DNA of 64,000 nt from Pirellulaceae bacterium (GTDB lineage: Bacteria; Planctomycetota; Planctomycetia; Pirellulales; Pirellulaceae), in assembly GCA_963769105.1 (NCBI GenBank), contig CAVYKQ010000005.1, forward strand, positions 681,164-745,163, written 5' to 3'. The position numbers and the translations under genes were made by a program. The first letter of the stretch is position 1, and each line of letters starts with the position of its first letter. The notes beneath the pieces were generated by a model. It did no database searches, was not told the origin of the DNA, and saw only the letters and a list, made by a program, of their open reading frames with translations. Below, piece after piece: positions 12,901 through 24,900 of this stretch.

Positions 12901-15900
12901 CGTTGTTGGTCCACGCCGGACCGAATGCGGCCCTCCGTGAAAATGGCGATACCACCGATGGGGATGAAGAATTTTTCATCGAAAACGATCCTTCGGGTGT
13001 GAAGGTCGTCGTATCGGCTTTCGGGGTTCGGGCTGAATATGAAGATGTGGAACGAATCTTTGTCGACCTGGGGCAAGGCAACGACTCACTGACGATCGGC
13101 GAAAGTCTGACTTTGCCAGTCGAGGCGATCGGCGGCAGCGGCCATGACGAAATCACTGCTGGCGGCGGACCGTTGACTGCGTTTGGTGGCAGCGGCAATG
13201 ACGTGATCATTGGTTCGCCGCTGGGCGATACGATCGACGGCGGCGACGGCGATGACGAAATCAACGCCAAAGCAGGTGACGACCACATCATGGGCGGTGC
13301 CGGAATCGACCGGATTCGTGGTGAAGCGGGAATCGATCGCATCGAAGCTGGCGACGGCGACGATGAAGTCTACGCCGGAATTGGCAACGATTTTGTCATC
13401 GCTGGTCTTGGCAGTGACTTTGTTGACGGTGAAGAAGGGGATGACGTAATCTTTGGTGACACCGAAGGGGATGTTGACCATCCAGAATCGGCACCAGAGG
13501 TCATTGGCGATGGCAACGACGTGATCATCGGCGGCACCGGCAACGATTTGTTGGTCGGCGGCGGCGGGAGTGATCAATTGACCGGTGGCGCGGGGGCTGA
13601 TGGGCTGTTCGGTGGTGGTGGCAACGACTTCCTGGTCGCCGCCAACCAACCCCCCAGCAATTCCAAAGGGGCGAACCAGACGCTCTTCTTTGGTGGCGAA
13701 CTCGACGACATTGAACCGCACACGATTGACGCCGGATTGGGCAACGACATCGTGTTCGGCAGCAAAGGTCCCGATACCGTTTTTGCCGCTGGTGGACTGA
13801 ACATCATTCGCACTTATGCGGGTGCCGACATCATCACGACCGGTCCCGGCAATGACTTGATCGAATCAGGCGATGACGACGACATCGTCAACGCAGGTGA
13901 AGGCGACAACACCATCCGGACCGGTGCCGGTCGCGACGACGTAACTGCGGGGGGCGGAAATGACCTAATCGACATGCGCGGATTCGCAATGAATGCTAAC
14001 GTCGGCGGCAATATCAATGACGCCGGCGGCAATAACGAAATATATGGTGACGATGGCGACGACGTATTCGTGATCACGGGTGGAAACAATTTCATCAATG
14101 CCGGTGAGGGAAACAACATCGTGACCACCGGACCGGGTAACGATGTGATTATCACTCGAACTGGAAACGACATCATCAATGCTGGGGGCGGCAACAACGA
14201 TATCGGTTCGGGTAGCGGCGATGACATCGTGACAACGGGCGCCGGACGCGACCAGATTCGACTCGGCCCCGGCAACGATCGCGCATCTTCCGGCGGCGGA
14301 AACGATGTGCTGTTGGGTGATGAAGGGGATGATCTGCTCGATGGCGGGCTGGGGGATGACTTGTTGCGCGGCGGCCCCGGCAATGATGAATTGATCGGTG
14401 ATCGTGGCAGCGATACGGTGCAAGGTGGCTCGGGTAACGACATCATCTGGGGCGGACTGCGTGAATACTCGGCCGAACAGTTGACGGCTGGCTTCGTTCA
14501 TCCGCTTGGCTACGACGCCACTAAGACGTTCGTCGAACTCGATCCGATAGTGCCGCAGATTGTCAGTGGCTTTTCGATTGCTGGCGTCTTTGATGATGGG
14601 CCCGACTTGTTGTTGGGCGAAGCTGGTTTCGACATCATCTTTGGCGGCGGCGGTGCCGACGATATCGACGGAGGTGCCGGCCCAAGTTACATCGATGGTG
14701 GTGCCGGTGACGAAACGATCGTTGGCGGCAGTGGTCCTGATGTGATCCGTGGCGGTGATGGCAACGACGAAATCAATGGTGGCGGTCACTTGGACTTCCT
14801 GTTCGGTGACGCGGGCAACGACATACTCAAAGGCGACGCTGGCGTTGGGGCTGACGACCAAACCTACGGTCAAAAACTGTTTGGTGGTCCCGGTAACGAT
14901 CTGCTATTCGCCTTTGCGGCTACCGTCGATGCCGCCGACGTGGTCGAAAAGAATAAGCTTGGCGATTACTTGGATGGCGGTGACGGTGCTGACGAACTGT
15001 TCGGTAACCTGCGTCAGGAGACACTCGATGGCGGTGCCGGCGACGATCTGTTGCACGGTGATCGATTGGCTGGTCCAAACTACGCGACCAACCCTAACCC
15101 GTTGACCACAGGCGGCGGTGATACGATCTTCGGCGGACCTGGTGAAGACTTGCTGGTTGGCGGCGGCGGCGATGACGCGCTGTGGGGCGGCGGCGATACC
15201 GACGTGCTGGAAGGCCACGCGGGGATTGATTTGCTGGCCGGCGGTACGGGAATCGATTTCTTGTACTTGGATGTCGATCCAGCCTACGCGAATGGCGGCG
15301 ATACGTTGGACGGACACCGCGACAACCGCCCCGGAGCAGGCGTTGGCGATGACGGGGCAACGGACGTGCTAGTCATTCCCGGGACGATCCATGCCGACAA
15401 CATCAGTCTCGGGGAAACCGGCAGCCAACTGGAGGTTCGATACAACGGCCGCACGTTGATACAACCGTGGCGTGATTTGGCGGGACTCGTCACCATCGAA
15501 CAGTTTCAAGTTGATGGTTTGGGCGGCGACGATACCATCGAGTTTTTGCCTTCGATTGATTTGACGGAGCTTGCCGCTCGCGGTCGCGACTGGATTGGCG
15601 TCTTCAACGGTGGCTCCGGGAACGACACGATTCGCGGTAGCGCAGGCCGCGATCGAATCAGCGGTGGACCGGGCAGTGATACGTTGTTCGGCTTCGGTGG
15701 CGATGACCGGCTGTGGGGCGATGAACTGGATGGAGATAGCGGCGACGAAGACACCTTGTTCGCTGGCCAGGGCAATGACGACTTGATCGGCGGTGTCGGT
15801 CGAAACTTCTTGTATGCCTGGTCCTCGGACCCCGGCGTCGTCGGTCCGAACTTTGGAATCTTCGTCGATCCGTCCACGGGTCAGCGCAGCGATACGGCTC

Positions 15901-18900
15901 AGCCTGGATTTGAACGCGAAGATACCGGACTGAACCGAATGTTGGGACGCGAAGGTGACGATGAACTTTACGCCGGCACCGCACTGGACTTCATGTACGG
16001 TGGCGACGGCAACAACACGTTGTTCGATCCCGACGGGCTGGCGCTGGAATTCGGAATTGGTGTTCCTGCTGATGAAGAGTGGCTCGAATACGCCCGCAAC
16101 AGCGACAAGGTCTGGTACTACGGTGGTAGCGGCGCATCCGATGTGATCACGGTTGACTATGTGACCGAACCAGGCGCGTTGGGCGACCATCACTTGATTA
16201 CGCGATTGACCGAGAACAACGGCTTCTTCACTTTCGACGCCCAAGTCCAACTAGACTTTGCAGCGACCAATGCAGACGGATCACCGGTTTGGAATCCTCA
16301 GGATTTGGTTGATCGAGTCGAACTGCCCGAAGGTGCGGAAACGCTTGCCGACGTCGAAGACATTCAGCAACGGCGGTTGCTGCAACAACGGATCGAACTG
16401 GCTGGCAACGTGCTGCCGCCCGAAGGCGACTACTTGGCGATCATTGTCGATGCCAAGGCGGGTGACGATCAAGTCTTCGTCGGGCCAACGGTTCAACGCA
16501 GCGTCTGGGTATCGGCAGGCGAAGGAAACGACCGGGTCGAATTCGCCAGCGGAACTCCGCTATTGGTCAACCTTGCCGACACCGATCCTCGCAACGAAGT
16601 CTCCGGTGATCCCGATGACTTTTCAAATGCGTTCACACTGGATGCGATTGACGGCACGACTCTGTTCACCGATCTAACACTCGATAGTCCCAGTGACGTG
16701 GACTGGTTTGAAATCGACTTCAGCCAGTTTCCCGGATTGCGATTCGGTACGGACGGAGGTGCGATCACAGTTGATTCGGTATCGGCCGACGACCAAATCG
16801 AGCTGAAACTGTTCGAAGTCGAACCAGACTTTGTCAGTGAATTGATGACCGGATCGGAAGTGTTGGACCACGATGTGATCGACGCGACGAAACCGTCGCG
16901 CGTGGAAATTCCGATGAACGGTTTTACGTTCGACGAAGACTTCCGTTACTTCATCCGCGTGCGCAGCCAATCCGAAATCCCAACGCAATATGATCTGGGG
17001 TTGAACGTGGGCGAAGGCAGCCCCTTGTCCTTGGTTCAGGTCAATTTGGGTGTGGAGACGGATACGTTCTTACGTCGTGACGTGATCGTTGGCGGGCCAG
17101 GGCACGACGTTTTGCAAGGTGGGCCGAGCGAAGACTGGGTGATCGGCGGTCCAGGAAATGATGTGCTGTCGGGTGGCATCGATGGAACCGCCAGTGACCT
17201 ATTGATCGGCGAGGGCGGCGATGACATTCTGCAAGTGATCCCCAGTTTCATTGCCAAACCGGAAACGCTGACCGACGAACTGGAAGGTGGCGAAGGTTTC
17301 GACCGCATCATGTTCTTGGGTGGAGACTTGGACGAATTCGGACGTCCGGTCAATGACAAAGTTACGTTGAACTACAACCAAGAAAACGCGCGATACGAAC
17401 TGGCCGCGTATGTTTGGGATACCGCCAACGGCCGTTTCTTGACCGATGGTGGCAAGCCCGTCATCCACGAAGCCTATTATCGGGCTCGAGGTGTCGAATC
17501 GACCGTATTTGATCTGCGCGGCGGCGACGATGAAGTCCATTTGGAAACCGGCTATGTGCTCGACGGAGCGCACTTTGCTGATCCACGTACCTACGGAATC
17601 TCGCCGGGCGATCGACAGGCTGGCGGTACTGCATTGTCGTTTGAAATCTTGGGGGGCGACGGCAACGATCGAATCTTTGGCAGTCCCTATGCGGATACGA
17701 TCCGAGGCGGTAGCGGCATCGACTTGGTGTTGGGCTATGGTGGCGCCGACCAGATCTTTGGTGACGACAACACCGACATGCTGATTGGTGATACCGATTC
17801 GGCCAACATTGATCTGCTGGATGAATTGGAAATCAGTACTCGCGACGGTGTCAGTATCACAAATGATTCGGTCATTGGCGCGACCCCGATCGATTTCCGC
17901 GACGCTTCGGTTGCTGGATTAACGCTACACGATGGCGACGCGGGCGACTGGTACGTGGTTCCACTGCCGAATGACGGAACGGAGCTTTCCGCCGATCTGT
18001 TTTCGATTGATTTCGACAACGACGAATCTGACGAAATTCACCTCGGGACAAACTATAACAAACCGACAGTTGCGATCTTTCCGGCAATCCTCGATCCGAC
18101 GACTGAATCGTTCTATGTGCCAACCGATGGCGATCCAACCGCCTATCTGTTGCACGTACGCAATCCGCGCACCGATTCGATCGTTGCCGACCGGACTGAC
18201 CGATTGGACGATTTGGCGTTCCCGCAACCAATCACTGTGCGATTGGAAATCGAAGGCGTCAGCCGAACACTCAGCACTTTCCGTATCGGTCCGAACTCGG
18301 GCGATGGCGGTCCTGATAACGACATCGATACATCGCAAAAGATCGCCGAGGAATTGAATCGACAGCTGGTCAATCGAAACCTGGACCATTTGCTGTTTGC
18401 CGATTACGACAGCCGCCTGGATCGACTTGTCATCAACGCGCGCGATGAGTTGTCCGTGACGATTCGTGGCGAATTCAATTCTGGAATTCATTTGCTTGGA
18501 TTCACCGATGGGCAAGACAACTCGACCGTCGCCGCACCCTTGGGCCGGTACGAATTATTCATCAAAGACACCGTCACGTTCGATGATCCCGCGACAGACG
18601 CCGACAAACCTGTCAAACCGTATCGTTACGATCTGGCTGCGGCGGATGTTTCATTCGTCGGGCCCTTGCCACCGATTGATCTGTTTGGCGGCAACCCGTC
18701 GATCGACAGCGTGCTAAGAATCGAAGGCGATCGACAACAGGAAAAACTATCCAATACTTCGCCGATCGGTGACATCAACGGCGACGGTGCGGATGACCTG
18801 TTGATGTGGGGCACGCATACGGCTTATGTCTTCTTTGGTGATTTGGATCCGTCGCGCGGAGTGACGACCGCGACCGATGCAGCTGATTTTGTGATCGATT

Positions 18901-21900
18901 TGGACAGTCGATTCAATGTCACCTCGGACATTGGTGACATCGACGACGACGGTTTCTATCACGTGGTACCGGGATCGACGGATTTGGACGGCGACGGATT
19001 AATGGATCTGCTGTTCTACAGTGTCAGTTCTACCCCGGTATTCCGTTTGGAAGCGGTATTGGCCGTCGATCTGTTGAACCAGGATCGCGAGTTCCAAGTT
19101 GGCGCCGTTGGTCGCGATGCAGGCACGATGCAGGCGAAGTACACCGACAGTACAGAAATCGATATCGCTTGGCTGCAGTATGACGGAGACGGTATCGCGG
19201 ATTTGATGGTGGTCTCGCGAACCCCCGATCTGCAGCATCCGGATGACGGTTTCGCCGCTGGATTCGGAGGGGTCTATGACGGACAGTGGATTCGCAGTGA
19301 AGTCACCGGTGGTTCGGTTCCGTTTGTTGATCGATTCTTGGCGTTCATCAACGACGATCAGGAATCGATTGCCACGATTGAGCAAGCCGCGAGCGAACAA
19401 CTGCGCGGCGGATCGCTAAAAAGCAATCAACTGCATGCCGTCGCCGCCGATTTTGACGCCGATGGAATGGATGAAATTGCTTTGGCTATACCGGACGGAT
19501 GGCGTTTCGAAGCGACCGGCAGTGATGTTTCGGTCGGACGGGTCTACGTTTTGGACACCAACGGAGCGGCCAGCACATCGATCACGCTTGGCGATGCCAG
19601 TTCACGAGTTCGACTACAACCGATCGCGGAACTTCGCAGTGACACCGCCGCTCAGTACGCGGCACTCAACTTGGACACTCCGTTATTCGTGGCGGACTTT
19701 GACTTCGACGGTGACAGCGAACTGGTTGTTGCACGCGCTTTTGATATGAAGACAAGCCGCAGTGATGAGGCGTTGTTGATCTTTGCCGGTGAAGTGATCG
19801 CGGATAAGACTTTCCGCACGGAAGCCGATGCGGCCGTTCGAATCACCGAATTGCTCGCCCCCGTCCGGCGCGATCCCGCCATCTACGGACTCAACGGACT
19901 CTCACTGTCGGCCGGTGATTTCGATGGAGATTTCCGACAGGACTTGGCGATCGGTGTTCAGTCGGCGCTCGGTGACGACGGTTCAATGACGATCATCTAC
20001 GATCCGTTGGCAGCAACCGTGGACAAGAACCAATCTGGACCCGCTGAGATTGCCGTCAACAAAGGAGACCTGTTTGGAGACGCTCGGGTCAACATCGCGA
20101 CAATCATTGGAAGTGCACCAAACGGACGCCTCGGAGTACTTGGTGCACATTCGATCGATATGACGGGCGACCGATTGGCCGACTTGTTCGTTGGGTCGGC
20201 GCAGTTCGATGGTACGGCCAGTGGCGTGGTTGGTGATTCGGGTGCGGTGTTTGTGATTCCCGGCGCACACCGCGAGTTCGCATTGCCCGACAGCGGGCAA
20301 GTTACCAGTTTGTCAAACATCGGGATTCGCGGTGTCGGGGAAGTACTGGTCGATCAAGATGGACCGTTGCTGTTCGATTTCGAAAACAGCGGCCTGCGGC
20401 TACAGCAAGGACAAGACGAAACCTGGTTCCGCTTCCGCACGCTTGGCGATGGAGCTGCCGGTGACCTGTTGCGAATTGGACCGACGCCGTTTGATGACGC
20501 ATCATTGATCCTGGGTGGTATCACCGGAAGCGTTGATCGCAACTTGGAACAGTCTGGATTGTCTGTAGCCGAAATTGGTGGCGGTGATCAGTCGAACGCG
20601 TTGATCGAATTCGATTTGTCGAAACTGCTGTCGGCCTACGAGAATCCCGAGGAGCTGGTCGGAGCGAAATTGAATTTAGTTGGATCGGCCACGGCACCAA
20701 TGCAAGAAGTCGTCCGCCCTAAACGTCCGCAACGAATGACTCGAACCGCGCCCGGAGGTGGATTTGGCGAACGTGTATTTTTCGAGGCAGATACTGATGA
20801 CACCGGACGAGAACTTTGGTTGACCGACGGAACGGCCGAAGGCACTAAGCTGGTCGCCGACTTGGAACCTGGCGAAGACGGCAGCAATCCATTCAACCTG
20901 ACCGCCGTGGGACACCGTCTGGTGTTTACGACAACAGTGTTTGGCGAGGGAGGCGGTGAAGAAGGCGGAGGCGAAGAAGGCGGTGAAGGTGACGACGAAG
21001 GCTCGGCCGAATCGATCTACGTCACGGACGGCGAGACGACGCAGTCAATTGATGTTCCAGACCTGGACGGCTGGTACTACAACAACTTTACGTTCACCGA
21101 ACACGATGGTGTCGTCTACTTCTCCGGATCGTTCTTCAATCCGACGACGACGGATTTTGAAACCCAGCTTTTCCGGATCGATATCGACGGCACCGGCAAG
21201 GGCACGATCAGTCAAGTTTCCGACCTTGAGGATTCGGATGGAACATTTGAAATCGGTCAGATCAAGTCCACCGATGCCGGACTGTTCATCACGCGATTCG
21301 TTAGGGATGGCGTTGATCTTTACTTCAGCGACGGTACGAAACCGGGCACAGTCCGCGTCGGCGGACCCTTCCAACCCAATCTGTTTGGCTCGATTCTGAA
21401 TGAAACCAACTCCCTGGCCTTCAACGGCGGATTGCTGTTTACGACGGATGGCGATTCTGGCGCTGAACTCTGGTTCAGCAACGGAGAGGCGGCCGGAACG
21501 ACTCAGCGAGAATTGATTGGTAGTGATTCGATCTATGGACTGACCGAGTTGGATGGCGAGGCTCAGTTTTTTGCCAACGGTAACGAACTGTGGGGTACCG
21601 ATGGATCAGAGAACAATGCAAAACGACTGCGTGACCTTCCCGCCAGCGGAAATGAGTTTGGTTTTGACTCATTCTTGCACACCGCCACAACTGATTACCA
21701 CGTTTCTGTCAGTCATCAGTTTGGCGGCAAGACATTCTTGATCAGCACCGACTCCGATGGCAACGAAGTCAGGACACATACATTGAGCACCGGACGATAC
21801 GCGTTCGTCTTCGAAGTTGCCGCTTTTGGCGATAGTGTGCTGGTCAATTATGCGACGCAAGAAGCAGCGTTTGGCGATTCGTTCAATCGGCTCGGGATTT

Positions 21901-24900
21901 GGGACGCCGCAACCGGCGTCTTCACGGAATTGGCGAGCCGAGACAATATTCACTATTTTGAAATGTTCGTGCCGCTTACTGATAAGGTTCTGCTGACCGG
22001 CTACATCGACGACCTTTCCTTGGCCGACCAATTGTGGGTCACCGACGGCACCGCTCCAGGCACCAAAGCTGTGATTGATGAATCCGGATCCGAGTTCCGG
22101 CAGTGCAGCAGGTGAAGTTACATTTTCGCTTCGCACCGGTCGGCGAGACGGGCTCATCACCGCCGCGGATCTAGATGAGGATCCAATTTTCACGGAGCGG
22201 TTCACCCTGAATGAAACGCCAGAATTGTTCACCATCGACTTGAGTGACAAAGACTCGATGGAGCAGTTCCGAGAATTATTTGAACTCGGCTATCGAAGCG
22301 TTGTTGCATCATTCTCCATGACCGAAGGAAGCGGCCAGATCTTCCATCCCGCGCCGCAACTGGGTTCCGGATTCGAGATCACTCGCCAAAGTGGCGTCGT
22401 CGGTCAGTTGCTGGATGAGCGGGGCGGATTGATCGCCGACCGATTTCTCAACGCTCGATCTGCGTGACTTGAAGGCCGGGACCTACTACTTGGGAATTTC
22501 TCGAGCCGAAGAAACCGGCAATGGCGAAGTTCCATTGTCGATCTTTGTTGATCCACCCAGCCAAGGCAACGCACACGTGTTGGCTGATAACGACACGATC
22601 CGAGGCGGCGAGGGGGATGACATTCTGGTTGGACGCGGCGGTCGCGATGCGATCTTTGGACAGAGCGGTATCGATACCTTCGTCGCCGAGCGTTTCGAGG
22701 CTCGAGACCGGACGGAAGATGAACGAATTCGCAATCCAGAAACCGGAGACTTGCTTGCTGATCAAACGAACGTCAACACAGCGCGAAATCCACGAGTCGT
22801 TGTTGCATCATCCGCGCCGACCGGTGCCGTGCCGATTGTTGACGTCAGCGCTTGCCGATCGAATCGCCGACGCTCTGGGAGTTCCGCTTGTCGTTTCACC
22901 ATCCGGCATGGCCGACTTTGCGCCGAAGTTCGCGTGAGTGATCTCGGCAGCGTCACGCGACTGGATGCCTCCGATGCCGATATCACTATTTACAACGGCT
23001 TGCAGTATCTGGTCGGGTTGGAATCGCTGGACCTGAGCGGTAATGGAAACCTCACGAACTTTGCGCTCACACGTATCGCGCCTGCGAACAACAACACCAG
23101 CGGAATGCCGCATTTGCGGCATCTGAACGTGGATGACAATGTCATCTCGTCGCTGGCCAACCTGCAAGGACTCAGCGAGTTGACGGTCCTCAGTGTCGCC
23201 GACCAACAAAGCGTTGTTTTCCCGCTAAAAAATGTCCCGGTCGTTGCCGGCTTCAACGAACTGGTCTACTTGGATCTTTCCGGAAACAGCATCGAACAGC
23301 TAGCACCGTTGTCGGGACTAAGCCAAATGCGAGCGGTCGATCTCGCTGGCAATCCCATCGAGACGCTCGGACCGATGATCGGCATGTACGTGCGAGATGA
23401 CTCGCCGCTGCGTTCCGAACCAGCTGGATCGTGGATACAAACTGTCGATCCGAGCGGCGACGCAATCGGCGGCACCCATCACGCACTCAACACAGCCGGT
23501 GCAGACTTGGGCGCCGTCGCTGTTTGGGATTTTCGTCAGATTCCCGCTGGCGAATATGACGTGCTGGTGACCTGGCACGCGGATCCATCGCACAGCCGTG
23601 ATGCGGTCTTCGAAATCCATACGTCGGACTTTGTAACCGCCAAAGTGAATCAACAACTTGATCCAGCTGGACAATCGATCAATCGAAAGTCTTTCCAATC
23701 CATTGGCACGATTACGGTTGGTGATAATGCTGTCGTCAGGGTTGAACTACGCAAAGGGAATACCGCAGGCTTGGTGATCGCCGATGCGGTTGCATTGCGA
23801 CTGACTGAACCGTCGTTGCCGAAACTGCAGCGGATTGACGCCCGCGATACGCGACTAGATTCCACGTCGCGAAAACTCATCGCCAGTGATTTGGCCGGAC
23901 GACCAAGTCGAGTCCAAATTGATCTGTCTCGAAATTTGGATCCGCGTTGGTCGGATGCTCCAACATTATTGGCCATACGATCGGGCAGTCCAATTGACTT
24001 AGGCGAGTTGACGGATTTCGTTTCTGATCCTGATGGACCGGCGCCAAGTCTTACCGCGCGTGTTAACGACGAGCGAGTCGCAGCCACTTTAGACGGACCC
24101 AAACTGACGATCTCCGCAATCGATCCGGTTGACGTTCCAGTTACCGCCGTCTTGACGGCAACCGATGCCGATGGATTGAGTAGCGATCATTACATAGCGG
24201 TCGTTGTTGATGCCTACTTGGTCGAAGGAACCGTCCGTGACTCACTTGGCGTGGCAGTCGAAGGCGCACTGGTTTACGTCGATACGAACTCCGATGGTGG
24301 GTTCTCATCCGGCGAACCGTCCGCGGTAACGGGATCGGATGGACGCTATCGATTACGAATTGCTGATCGAGCAGCGAGCAGAATTTCCGTCCAGCAGCAA
24401 CCGAACTGGGAGACGCCACCGAGTGTGCCAATTTCGCTCCCCGCACAAATTGATATTGTGACCGGGGCCGACTTGACGATCACCAGGGCTGTCGATTTTG
24501 AGTTGGTTCCAACCTCGACGGAAGGAACCGAGATCAAAGCAACCGGTGTCTTCGCTCAAACTGGTGGGGACATTTTGTGGGAAGTCACCGGCGGTCCTGT
24601 GATCATCGGCTCCACCGATGGAGATACCTTCAAGTTCACACCGCTCGATGGCGGCGATTATACGGTAGCGCTTACCTACAAGGTTAACTCGGAAACTTTT
24701 ACCGCGATCCGTGTGATTCCGATCGCCAATGTATCACCGATCGCCGACGCTGGCGGCGATGTGACGATCACCGAAGGTCGATTCAAGTCAACGCGTCCGC
24801 TGGTGGTCGATCCGGGTGCTGATAGCTGGACCGCGCTCGTTCAGTATGGCGACGGCGCCGAAGTGAAGTTTGTCAGTATCACGGAGCGTGAAGTCACGCT

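Noticed and set aside
13070-16030. Possible CRISPR or DNA tandem array
   Set aside because: The repetition is at the protein level with degenerate codons; there are no identical direct repeats with spacers and no cas genes.
12872-16250. Long antisense ORFs (200-300 aa) opposite the RTX region
   Set aside because: They are shadow frames caused by repetitive GGC/GAC codon usage; the products are Ser/Pro-rich with no motifs.
12612-22115. RTX pore-forming toxin call
   Set aside because: No hydrophobic pore domain, acyltransferase or T1SS genes were recognised; the context is adhesin-like.
10100-22470. Programmed frameshifting or phase variation at the giant-gene junctions
   Set aside because: Only a G5 run at 12596-12600 is visible, with no long slippery tract, and similar indels break housekeeping genes. 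Sequencing error is the simpler explanation.
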